Shown here: piece after piece, positions 1 to 7,690 of the stretch
How positions within the stretch are numbered: the stretch's first letter is position 1
Layout of the letters: the number at the start of each line of letters is the position of its first letter
From: Patescibacteria group bacterium
Lineage (GTDB): Bacteria > Patescibacteriota > Minisyncoccia > Phycocordibacterales > JAKFXT01
Direction of reading: 5' to 3'
Assembly (NCBI GenBank): GCA_038063555.1
Contig: JBBTUX010000010.1
Span: 22,936 to 86,935 of the forward strand
Length of the DNA: 64,000 bases
The notes under the pieces: model-generated
What the model was told of the DNA's origin: nothing
What the model saw: only the letters and a program-made list of their open reading frames with translations
Databases searched by the model: none
Position numbers and translations under genes: made by a program

Positions 1-1
1 T

Positions 2-643
2 TATGAATGCGGAATATTTAATCTAGACCCAAGAGTTATATCAATTCTAGGACGCCTACATTTCCGCACAAGTTATGGTCAAAATGTTTTACAACACTCA
101 ATTGAGATGGCTCATATTGCCGGTGTTATGGCGGAAGAACTTGGCGCCAATGTGGCGGTTGCTAAAGCGGGAGCCCTTTTACATGACATAGGCAAAGCCG
201 TGGACCACGAAGTGCAAGGAACACACGTTGAGATTGGTCGCCGAATCCTACAAAAATTTGGAGTCGGTGAGCAAATTATTATCGCCGTGTCTGCTCACCA
301 CGAGGAATACCCTTATGAAAATGTAGAGTCCATACTGGTACAAGTGGCTGATGCTATTTCTGGCGGTCGCCCTGGGGCTCGTCGTGACACCATAGAAAAT
401 TATATAAAACGCCTTGGCGATCTTGAAGCCATAGCCACCTCATTTCTTGGTGTTGAAAAGGCCTTTGCCATTCAAGCCGGTCGTGAAATGCGTGTTTTTG
501 TTAAACCCGACCAAATTTCCGACCTTGAAGCGCGTAAATTGGCCAAAGACATAGCCACTCGCATTGAACAAGAAATGAAATATCCAGGGGAAATCAAAGT
601 TAATGTTATTCGCGAAAGTCGTTCCATCGAATACGCTCGTTAA
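2..643 (+). CDS. rny: Ribonuclease Y, C-terminal part (5' end outside window); HD domain
   Basis: Frame open from position 2. Translation ...GRLHFRTSYGQNVLQHSIEMAHIAGVMAEELG...LLHDIGKA...SAHHEE matches the RNase Y KH/HD region. Ends TAA at 641-643. Confidence 0.8.
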   Translation, partial: YECGIFNLDPRVISILGRLHFRTSYGQNVLQHSIEMAHIAGVMAEELGANVAVAKAGALLHDIGKAVDHEVQGTHVEIGRRILQKFGVGEQIIIAVSAHHEEYPYENVESILVQVADAISGGRPGARRDTIENYIKRLGDLEAIATSFLGVEKAFAIQAGREMRVFVKPDQISDLEARKLAKDIATRIEQEMKYPGEIKVNVIRESRSIEYAR

Positions 644-750
644 TATGTTTTAGATTCCCATTTTTTGCGCTACTTGCACAAAAAATGGCCTATTATATAC
701 TTATTTCATTGGTCGAAAACAATAAACCCACTTCATTTTTAATAAATATG

Positions 751-1020
751 AATAAAGCAGGATTGGTTGATGCGGTACAAGGAGTTTTGGGTGGCACCAA
801 AGTGCAAGCAGAGCAAGCGGTTGAAACATTTATAGGCGGTATAGTTAATGAATTAAAAAAGGGCGGCGAAGTATCAATTGCTGGTCTTGGAATATTCACC
901 GTCAAACAACGCGCCGCTCGCACTGCCAGAAACCCACGCACAGGAGAAATGGTGCAGGTAAAAGCTATGAAAGTACCGAAATTCCGCGCCGCTAAAGCTT
1001 TGAAAGAAGCTGTTAAGTAA
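751..1020 (+). CDS. hup: HU family DNA-binding protein
   Basis: MNKAGLVDAV...GEVSIAGLGIFTVKQRAARTARNPRTGEMVQVKAMKVPKFRAAKALKEA is a classic HU/IHF fold, ~90 aa. Internal ATG 751 preferred over the 685 ORF start. Confidence 0.85.
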   Translation, partial: NKAGLVDAVQGVLGGTKVQAEQAVETFIGGIVNELKKGGEVSIAGLGIFTVKQRAARTARNPRTGEMVQVKAMKVPKFRAAKALKEAVK

Positions 1021-1051
1021 AATTCTTCAAACTTTTGGAGAAAAGAAAAAA

Positions 1052-1084
1052 GCCCCAGATTAGCACGGGGTTTTTTCTTTTTTT
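1052..1084 (+). terminator. Rho-independent terminator after hup (GC stem then T-rich run)
   Basis: agCCCCagattagcacGGGGttttttcttttttt. Confidence 0.5.
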
Positions 1085-1089
1085 AATTA

Positions 1090-1197
1090 AATAAAAGAAT
1101 CGCTCCTTACAGGAGCAGTCCCCTCATTGGATATTTTATTTCGCTTCACTCATAAAATCTGCTCAATGAGAATTCGATTCTCCCACGGAAGTGCTCC
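1090..1197 (-). ncRNA. Candidate structured small RNA X1, directly 3' of tRNA-Gly(TCC) on the minus strand
   Basis: Minus-strand read: GGAGCACUUCCGUGGGAGAAUCGAAUUCUC...GGGGACUGCUCCUGUAAGGAGCGAUUCUUUUAUUU. Terminal hairpin CUCCU-GUA-AGGAG plus U-tract. The 5' GAGAAUCG can pair with the 3' CGAUUCUU. No ORF. Paralog at 5167-5272 carries compensatory changes. Confidence 0.45.
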
Positions 1198-1371
1198 TGC
1201 ACTTCCTATCCTCGCATCGGCAATAACAAAAAATCTCTTCGCCAAAACGGAAGAGATTTTTTGTTAAAAGCCTTGTCCCACAATAATTCATTCTCCGTCG
1301 AGAATGAATTTTCCAGGCCCGGACTCGGCATTTTTTGTACTCAAAAAATATGCCTCCGTCTCACGCGAGTA

Positions 1372-1401
1372 CAAAAAAATCCCAAGCAGTTGGGATTTTT
1401 T
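1372..1401 (-). terminator. Hairpin + T/A runs between tRNA-Gly and downstream; bidirectional terminator-like
   Basis: aaaaaaatCCCAAgcagTTGGGattttttt. Confidence 0.5.
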
Positions 1402-1410
1402 TGTCTCTTG

Positions 1411-1481
1411 TGCGGGATGGGAGAATCGAACTCCCGACATCAGTTTGGAAAACTGAAGTTATACCATTTAACTAATCCCGC
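1411..1481 (-). tRNA. tRNA-Gly (anticodon TCC), no encoded CCA
   Basis: Reverse complement GCGGGAT-TA-GTTA-AATGGTA-TAAC-T-TCAGT-TTTCCAA-ACTGA-TGTC-GGGAG-TTCGATT-CTCCC-ATCCCGC-A folds as a cloverleaf. Anticodon loop is TT-TCC-AA. Confidence 0.85.
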
Positions 1482-1549
1482 AAATTCTTGCTTCGCTACT
1501 ATAGCAAAGCATTATCTTATCTTCAACAAAATAATGATAATATTAATTA

Positions 1550-2779
1550 ATGTTTTCTCTATTTGAAACTTTAATAAAAGTGGCTGCAGTTGGCTTCATT
1601 TCCCTTCTCGTTGCGGCAAACATCATTTCTCCCAACAAAACAAATACTTATGTTAAAGAAGATTTGAAAATAGCGACCACTACCCCATTAAACATAATTC
1701 TATCTACCTCTACAGAAGAAAAAATTGTCGAAATATCACAATCTTCATCCACTCCCGAAATAAAAACCATAACCAAAATTGAAAAAACCACAAAAATACC
1801 GAGCCCAAACACCCCAAACAAAACAAATGACCCCATAAAAGAAACTCTCGCCCCAATTGAAGAAAAATTAAACCTTTCCATTAAACAAATTGCAGAAACT
1901 CCGCAAGTAATTCCTAACGCCAATGAGGTCAATGTTTTGGTGAGAAAAGCCGCTGTAAACATCCTTTGTTATACCGAAGCTGGAAGTATTTTGAGACCAC
2001 TCACAGGAAGCGGGATCATTATAGATGAGAGAGGTGTTATTCTTACAAACGCTCACTTAGCTCAATACTTTCTTCTTAAAGATTTCCCAACCCCAAACAA
2101 CATCGATTGCATCATTAGAACGGGAAGCCCAGCGACAATAACTTACAGGGGGGAACTTTTATACATCTCCCCTCCTTGGGTTGAAGAAAATAAAAAAAAT
2201 ATAATTGAAGAAAATCCATTGGGGACAGGCGAACACGATTTTGGCCTCATTCTAATAACAAGTTCTGCCAATAAAGATATACCCCTACCCGTCACCTTTC
2301 CTTTTATCCCCTTTAATACTGAAGAACCCAATGAAAAAATGGCTCTTTCGGACTCTTATGTCGTCGTCGCCTACCCTGCTGGCTTTTTAGGCGGTCTCAC
2401 CGTTTTGCAAAATCTCTACATTTCTTCAACCGTTTCCAGCATTAAACAATTCTTTACTTTTAAAGACACAACCCTGGACTTAATGTCTTTAGGTGGCTCG
2501 ATTTTGGCCCAAAAAGGATCATCTGGGGGTGCTGTGGTAAATGTAAGAGAAAAGAAAGTCGTGGGAATTATTGTGACCACAACCACAGAGGGCACCACTT
2601 CAGCTAGAGACATGCGCGCCATTACCCTTTCGCATATAAACCGAAGCATTCAAGCCGTAACGAATCAGGGTTTAAGCGAATATCTTTCGGACAATTTAGT
2701 AAAAAAAGTTCTGGACTTTCGTCTAAGTAAATTTGATTATTTAAAAAACATTCTTGTTGGAGAATTAACGCACAACTAA
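1550..2779 (+). CDS. Membrane-anchored trypsin-like (S1 family) serine protease
   Basis: N-terminal TM segment. Catalytic-triad contexts GVILTNAHL (His), DFGLILI (Asp), GSSGGAVV (Ser). Confidence 0.7.
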   Translation: MFSLFETLIKVAAVGFISLLVAANIISPNKTNTYVKEDLKIATTTPLNIILSTSTEEKIVEISQSSSTPEIKTITKIEKTTKIPSPNTPNKTNDPIKETLAPIEEKLNLSIKQIAETPQVIPNANEVNVLVRKAAVNILCYTEAGSILRPLTGSGIIIDERGVILTNAHLAQYFLLKDFPTPNNIDCIIRTGSPATITYRGELLYISPPWVEENKKNIIEENPLGTGEHDFGLILITSSANKDIPLPVTFPFIPFNTEEPNEKMALSDSYVVVAYPAGFLGGLTVLQNLYISSTVSSIKQFFTFKDTTLDLMSLGGSILAQKGSSGGAVVNVREKKVVGIIVTTTTEGTTSARDMRAITLSHINRSIQAVTNQGLSEYLSDNLVKKVLDFRLSKFDYLKNILVGELTHN

Positions 2780-3087
2780 TTAAAGAACAACAGTAATCCT
2801 CCAATCGCTAGGATTATAAAAAAGAAAGTTACTAGAGTGTAAATAAAAAGTGACACCGCTTCCCTCTTTTTCCCCTCCATATACCAAAGTATTGGCTTAC
2901 CAAGCACAAGACCCGCAGTTACAGATGCTGAAAAAACAAAAAGTGACAACATAAAAATTGGTATCAAAATAAATGGCTCCTCTATTTGGAGACGCTTTGG
3001 GACAAAAAATAAAAAACTAGCAACAAGTGCAATATAAGCAACTGTCGCGAAGGCGTTAAAGATTGCGGTTTTAAGTATTGGGGTCAT
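2776..3087 (-). CDS. Small hypothetical membrane protein (3 predicted TM helices)
   Basis: 103-aa ORF, strongly hydrophobic, convergent with the protease gene. Confidence 0.45.
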   Translation of the reverse strand: MTPILKTAIFNAFATVAYIALVASFLFFVPKRLQIEEPFILIPIFMLSLFVFSASVTAGLVLGKPILWYMEGKKREAVSLFIYTLVTFFFIILAIGGLLLFFN

Positions 3088-3116
3088 ACAACTAAAACTG
3101 TCCTCGCTTCTCTAAG

Positions 3117-3746
3117 TCACTTTTTACTTTTTTCTAACTTTTCTAATCTATCTTTTATAGACTCTACCAAGTTTGCAAGTTCATTAAACTTTTTAGGAAA
3201 ATCAGAAATTTTATCAGATCCTTTTATCATGTGTTTTTGTTTACTTTTAAGGCTTTCGACCAAATATTGGATAATTTTGTCTCCTATTTTTATACCATTT
3301 TCACATTCATTTATGGTAAGTTTTTGGGCTGAAAACATCTTGTGTGCCAGAGCATCTCTTTTATCTTTGTAACTTTTAAGATCAGTAATCAAATTCAAAT
3401 CAGAATCATTTTGAGCACAAACATTCAAATAACTAATTAGGGCTCCGAGCTGTAATCTTTCTAATTCCTTCTCAAAATTACCAGTTGGGTTAAAAGATCT
3501 AAGAAAAATCAATTTTACCAGATAAAATTGAACTTCGTTCGTTTGAAGAATAAATCTGCCATACTTACTATTTTCTTTAATTTCATTTTGCTTAAAAACT
3601 TCTTCGACAAATTTTTTACGTAACCTTACATATTCTCGAGCTCTAGTTTCCTTATCTTTATTCACCATCTGACCATCTCTAACCAAACCAGCTAACTCAT
3701 GGTAACGCTTAAAAACAAGTTCTTTTGTTACTTCGGATTCATCCAT
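3117..3746 (-). CDS. Hypothetical protein with HEPN-like R-x4-H motif (possible Abi/HEPN RNase)
   Basis: 209-aa ORF. C-terminal segment KDKRDALAHKMF contains RDALAH, which fits the Rx4-6H HEPN signature. Adjacent to a tRNA with a duplicated 3' end. Confidence 0.35.
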   Translation of the reverse strand: MDESEVTKELVFKRYHELAGLVRDGQMVNKDKETRAREYVRLRKKFVEEVFKQNEIKENSKYGRFILQTNEVQFYLVKLIFLRSFNPTGNFEKELERLQLGALISYLNVCAQNDSDLNLITDLKSYKDKRDALAHKMFSAQKLTINECENGIKIGDKIIQYLVESLKSKQKHMIKGSDKISDFPKKFNELANLVESIKDRLEKLEKSKK

Positions 3747-3756
3747 ACTTTAGATT

Positions 3757-3800
3757 TTAAAGATTTTGAATTAAATTCTTCATAGTCGGGGCGCTGGGTG
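3757..3800 (-). repeat. Direct-repeat copy of the tRNA-Pro 3' end plus ~25 bp trailer (attL/attR-like)
   Basis: aaagattttgaattaaattcttcatagtcggggcgctggg repeats aaagattttttaaattaagttcatagtcggggcgctggg at 3946-3990. Confidence 0.6.
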
Positions 3801-3975
3801 AGAACGCGAAGCGTTCGCAAGACCTTGTGAGGTATTTTAGAACGGAGTTATAAAATATCCACAAGGTATAGAGCTTCTGTAAGAAGTCGAACCTTTCTAC
3901 TTAAATTTCTTATAGAAATTTCCGCAGAAGTATCCCATACTTCTGGTTAAAAGATTTTTTAAATTAAGTTCATAG

Positions 3976-4046
3976 TCGGGGCGCTGGGAATCGAACCCAG
4001 TCTACTTGATCCCAAATCAAGCGTACTACCGGTATACTACGCCCCG
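3976..4046 (-). tRNA. tRNA-Pro (anticodon TGG), no encoded CCA
   Basis: Reverse complement CGGGGCG-TA-GTAT-ACCGGTA-GTAC-G-CTTGA-TTTGGGA-TCAAG-TAGA-CTGGG-TTCGATT-CCCAG-CGCCCCG-A. Anticodon loop is TT-TGG-GA. Confidence 0.8.
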
Positions 4047-4199
4047 ACTATGAACTCAATATCTAAATTTCAAAAATCTTTTAACCCCAAATCAAACACT
4101 AGCAACACCTTCGGTGAGCAGTGCCGGCATATTCACCCGCCTAAATTTTGCTCGGCAAAACTTTGGCGGGCAAGCCCCGTAAAAACAAAAACAATACTA

Positions 4200-4240
4200 A
4201 CATTAAAAAGTGTAAATGTCTTAAAGGACATAAAAGACAT
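4200..4240 (-). terminator. Hairpin terminator downstream of yraN
   Basis: GATGTCTTaaaggacataAAGACATC stem (8 bp), followed on the minus strand by a U-rich run. Confidence 0.4.
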
Positions 4241-4627
4241 CTAGAAAATTCCCTCTATATACTTAACTTTAGCTTTTTTATTCTCCTTGTCCAAAATAAC
4301 CACTATCAAATCCATTTGCCAATCGCTCTCCCCTTCTCCTTTTTCTAATAAATAAGAGTTTATAGTCCTTTCAAGGCGCCTTAGCTTAAAAGGGTGCACA
4401 TTTTCCTCTGCTTTAAAGCCAGATGTTTCATGTGTAACGGTTTTAACCTCAATAAAGTAGAGATTATTCCCTTTCTTACAGATAATATCTATTTCACCCC
4501 AAGGTTTAAGATAGTTACGCTCTAACAATTTAAAACCCTTACTCTCTAAATACTTAATGGCAATGGATTCACCCAAATCCCCTATTTTTCTCTTTTCTGT
4601 CTTTTTTTTAGGTTTAAAATCTTTCAC
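4241..4627 (-). CDS. yraN: YraN family (UPF0102) endonuclease
   Basis: GDLGESIAIKYLESKGFKLLERNYLKPWGEIDIICKKGNNLYFIEVK is the typical YraN N-terminus. The start looks like GTG embedded in a CACGTGAAAG palindrome. Confidence 0.7.
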   Translation of the reverse strand: MKDFKPKKKTEKRKIGDLGESIAIKYLESKGFKLLERNYLKPWGEIDIICKKGNNLYFIEVKTVTHETSGFKAEENVHPFKLRRLERTINSYLLEKGEGESDWQMDLIVVILDKENKKAKVKYIEGIF

Positions 4628-4907
4628 GTGTAATCTTTTCTTTAATTTTTCTAGTGTTTCACGTGAAAACTATTATTTTATTTCACATGAAACTATTTAC
4701 TCTTAAAATGTCAAATAATGGCTTACTTTGGCTCTTTAATGACTTTTAGCACAGAAATTTACTTTTTTACAATTGTCTTTTATAAACACAATCCCCATTT
4801 TTATCCACAATTTTTATAATTTGGCTTAAATAAAGAGTTTTCTGGACTTTTTTTTGACATATTCAAATGTCCGTTATTATTTTCTGTCCTTTTAAGCTCT
4901 TTTTACC

Positions 4908-5047
4908 TATTTTAGTGCGAGTAGGGAGACGCTTCGCTATCGAACACCTTGGAAACCTCTCGGTTTTCCAACTCTCGCTTCGCTCGTTGCCTTCCTCCAC
5001 GGGAAACTTCCGTTTCCCGACCCCTTCCCAGTTCGATTCTCCCCATA
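4908..5047 (-). ncRNA. Candidate structured element Y, 3' of tRNA-Gly(GCC); contains two GNRA-capped hairpins and a T-arm antisense segment
   Basis: Minus-strand read: GGGGAGAAUCGAACUGGG...GGGAAAC-GGAA-GUUUCCC...GGAAACC-GAGA-GGUUUCC...GUUCGAU. The 5' GGGAGAAUCGAACU is the reverse complement of the adjacent tRNA-Gly T-arm. ORFs 4867..5235 and 4937..5128 over it are judged spurious. Confidence 0.35.
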
Positions 5048-5121
5048 TGGTGCGGGTAGGGAGAATCGAACTCCCATCATTTGATTGGCAACCAAATGTT
5101 CTACCATTGAACCATACCCGC
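5048..5121 (-). tRNA. tRNA-Gly (anticodon GCC), CCA encoded
   Basis: Reverse complement GCGGGTA-TG-GTTC-AATGGTA-GAAC-A-TTTGG-TTGCCAA-TCAAA-TGAT-GGGAG-TTCGATT-CTCCC-TACCCGC-A-CCA. Confidence 0.85.
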
Positions 5122-5166
5122 TATACAAACCTACTTGGGAATTCTAATATAAATATCCTATTTCTC

Positions 5167-5272
5167 CAAAAAATGGACTCGTTCCTTACAGGAACAGTAC
5201 CCCAATTGGATTTTTCTTACGCCTACGGCTTATAAAAATCTCAATCGGGCTTCGAGTCCCGCGGACACCTCC
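5167..5272 (-). ncRNA. Candidate structured small RNA X2 (paralog of X1), directly 3' of tRNA-Arg
   Basis: Minus-strand read: GGAGGUGUCCGCGGGACUCGAAGCCCGAUUGAG...GGGGUACUGUUCCUGUAAGGAACGAGUCCAUUUUUUGG. Terminator hairpin GUUCCU-GUA-AGGAAC carries compensatory changes relative to X1. The 5' GGACUCG pairs with the 3' CGAGUCC. The 5' segment is antisense to a tRNA-Arg-like T-arm. Confidence 0.45.
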
Positions 5273-5314
5273 TAAAAGCAAAATTACCATTGAAAAACAA
5301 TGCTAATTTTGCTT

Positions 5315-5389
5315 TGGCGCCCCCGGCAGGACTCGAACCCACAATAACAGTTCCGAAGACTGCTGTGATATCCATTTCACCACGGAGGC
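5315..5389 (-). tRNA. tRNA-Arg (anticodon TCG), CCA encoded
   Basis: Reverse complement GCCTCCG-TG-GTGA-AATGGATA-TCAC-A-GCAGT-CTTCGGA-ACTGT-TATT-GTGGG-TTCGAGT-CCTGC-CGGGGGC-G-CCA. The T-stem has two G-U pairs. Confidence 0.65.
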
Positions 5390-5391
5390 AA

Positions 5392-6066
5392 TTATCTCTT
5401 AACTTGATGATAATAGCTTAGAATAAGCTTTTTCCAAACATTAAGAGTGCGAATATTGTTGATACCGGATACAGAAATCTGTAAAAACCCTTTATTTGAG
5501 CCATTTTCTTTAGTTTTTTGCCTAGTTTTATATATCACCGGCTTTAGAAATTGCTTGTCATTTATAGCTATTTTACGAATCCAGGCGCTTTGTGCCTCTA
5601 AATGGGATATATTGTTATTTATATATATTCTACAGCGTGTAGCCGAAACTGGCACTCCCAGAAAGCGAATTAACCAATCTAGGAATATTTGCACCACCTC
5701 CTCATCACTCGAACTAAACTGCAAGTAAGAATTGCCGAAAGATCCATGCGAAAGATACATAGAAAGCCCCACCAAAAAGCGAGTGTCGGACTGAAACTTT
5801 TTAAAACTTTTTTGCCCCCCCACAAGCGCCTGTCTTTCGCCAAAAACTTTCTTCATTTGGCGACTCAATTTACTCTTATTTCGGGACCGTAAAATGACCT
5901 CTTTTTGATGCTTCAAGAGACCTTCTTTTTCCAAAGGAGAAAGAGTGATGCCTTGGAACCATTTTGAAAGTAGGCCTCTACTTAATTTCAATTTTAGAGA
6001 AATTTCAGAGTAAGTAGCCCCGTTTTTTCTCATTAAAAGCGCTTGTTCTTTAATTGAAACACTCAT
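5392..6066 (-). CDS. Hypothetical protein with N-terminal helix-turn-helix
   Basis: 224 aa. N-terminal ATYSEISLKLKLSRGLLSKW is HTH-like. The C-terminal half has a weak LxGLxxxxxHGSFG segment, possibly a degenerate LAGLIDADG-like motif (speculative). Abuts the tRNA cluster. Confidence 0.4.
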   Translation of the reverse strand: MSVSIKEQALLMRKNGATYSEISLKLKLSRGLLSKWFQGITLSPLEKEGLLKHQKEVILRSRNKSKLSRQMKKVFGERQALVGGQKSFKKFQSDTRFLVGLSMYLSHGSFGNSYLQFSSSDEEVVQIFLDWLIRFLGVPVSATRCRIYINNNISHLEAQSAWIRKIAINDKQFLKPVIYKTRQKTKENGSNKGFLQISVSGINNIRTLNVWKKLILSYYHQVKR

Positions 6067-6167
6067 ATACAGTTATATAACATATTATATATACAACCCT
6101 ATAAAAAACAAGGTTAAAGTGGAGTGTAAATAGCATAAAAGTTGTAAATTATGATACAATATTTCAC

Positions 6168-7652
6168 ATGAAACGAGCGTCATCAGAAGGAATTGAAATA
6201 CCAAAGGAAGTTCTTTCCGTTTCTTCCGATTTAGGAAAAGCGGGATTTGAAAACTATCTTATTGGTGGCTGTGTTCGCGACCTGCTTCGCGGTCAAAATC
6301 CCAAAGATTGGGACATTACGACCAATGCCACGCCGGAAGAAATTTTGAAGATTTTTCCCCACACTTTTTATACCAATACTTTTGGCACAGTTGGAGTGGT
6401 AAACAAAGAAACAAACAACGAATCCCTTAAAACAATTGAGGTCACAACTTACAGAGAAGAAGGAACTTATTCAAATGCAAGACACCCAGATGAAGTGAAG
6501 TTTAGTAAAAATATAAATGATGACTTGAAGCGTCGCGATTTCACCATTAACGCAATTGCTCTGGACCCCCACAATGGAAAAGTGATGGATCCATATGACG
6601 GTCAAAAGGACATAAAGGACAAAATCATACGCGCAGTGGGGAAAGCCGAGGACAGATTTGAGGAAGATGCTTTAAGAATACTCCGCGCTATACGACTTTC
6701 CTCTGAAATTGGCTTTATTATTGAGGCAAATACCGAAAAAGCCATACAAAATAAGGCTAAAACGCTAGAAAAGATATCCAAAGAACGTATTAGAGACGAG
6801 TTTTGCCGTATTCTAATGTCTCCCGAACCTATGAAAGGCCTTAATTTAGCCCTAAAATTGGGAGTTTTACGGTATGTTGCCAAAGATTTAGAGAGGGGAA
6901 TTGGCGTAAAGCAAAACCAGGCTCACAAATATGATGTTTTTGAGCATAATTTACGCACCCTACAACACGCGGCGGATAAAAAGTATGATTTGGACTTACG
7001 TCTTTCCTCGCTTTTTCATGATATTTCCAAACCAGAAACACGTCGCTTTTCACGTGAAAAGAATGATTATACCTTTCACGGTCATGACGTAGTCGGTGGC
7101 AAATTAGTCAAAAAAATCCTTACAGAGCTTAAATTCCCGTCCAACCGAGTTGAAAAGATAGGGAAGATGGTCCGTTGGCACATGTTCTTTTCAGACCCAG
7201 AACAAATCACACTTTCTGCGGTAAGACGACTCATTTCTAATGTTGGTAAAGAAGATGTTTGGGAGCTTATGAATTTGCGCATTTGCGACCGCATAGGCAC
7301 CGGCAGACCCAAAGAAAACCCTTATAGATTCAGAAAGTATAAATCTATGGTAGAAGAGGCGTTACAGGACGCCGTTTCCGTTGGAATGCTCAAAATAAAA
7401 GGGGATAGCATTATGAAAGTGCTCGGGGTACCACCCGGACCTAAAATCGGTTATATTTTACACGCTCTTTTTGAAGAGGTGTTGGATAAACCTGAATTAA
7501 ACACTTTAAAATACTTAGAAAAAAGAGCAGGAGAATTGAACAAACTTGGAATTGGCGAATTAGAGAAATTGGGTAAAAAGGGTAAAGAAAAAAAAGAACG
7601 AGAACAAGAGAAAAAAGTAAAAGAAATAAGAGGAAAGTATTTCGTAGAATGA
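6168..7652 (+). CDS. cca: CCA-adding tRNA nucleotidyltransferase with HD domain and Lys/Glu-rich C-terminal tail
   Basis: GGCVRDLLRG...DWD polymerase-beta-type head motif and an HD region. Start ATG sits inside a TTTCACATGAAAC palindrome. Confidence 0.8.
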   Translation: MKRASSEGIEIPKEVLSVSSDLGKAGFENYLIGGCVRDLLRGQNPKDWDITTNATPEEILKIFPHTFYTNTFGTVGVVNKETNNESLKTIEVTTYREEGTYSNARHPDEVKFSKNINDDLKRRDFTINAIALDPHNGKVMDPYDGQKDIKDKIIRAVGKAEDRFEEDALRILRAIRLSSEIGFIIEANTEKAIQNKAKTLEKISKERIRDEFCRILMSPEPMKGLNLALKLGVLRYVAKDLERGIGVKQNQAHKYDVFEHNLRTLQHAADKKYDLDLRLSSLFHDISKPETRRFSREKNDYTFHGHDVVGGKLVKKILTELKFPSNRVEKIGKMVRWHMFFSDPEQITLSAVRRLISNVGKEDVWELMNLRICDRIGTGRPKENPYRFRKYKSMVEEALQDAVSVGMLKIKGDSIMKVLGVPPGPKIGYILHALFEEVLDKPELNTLKYLEKRAGELNKLGIGELEKLGKKGKEKKEREQEKKVKEIRGKYFVE

Positions 7653-7655
7653 CGA

Positions 7656-7690
7656 CAACCCCATCAATCAAGGTCCGACCTTGATTATGA
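7656..7690 (+). terminator. Hairpin after cca (ATCAAGG-tccga-CCTTGAT)
   Basis: ccccatcaATCAAGGtccgaCCTTGATtatgat. Weak T-tract. Confidence 0.35.

Noticed and set aside
4908-5047. tmRNA hypothesis for the element downstream of tRNA-Gly(GCC), which starts GGGGAGAAUCGAACUGGG and resembles the tmRNA 5' GGGG...GGAUUCGACGGG.
   Set aside because: It is only ~140 nt. There is no tag-peptide reading frame ending in ...ALAA-stop in any frame, no tRNA-like 3' end with CCA, and no pseudoknot-scale length. The similarity comes from an inverted copy of the tRNA-Gly T-arm.
4867-5235. ORFs 4867..5235 (+), 4937..5128 (-) and 1261..1566 (+) from the six-frame track.
   Set aside because: They lie over tRNA genes and the structured tRNA-trailing elements. 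They have no RBS context and no recognisable protein features, so I judge them spurious.
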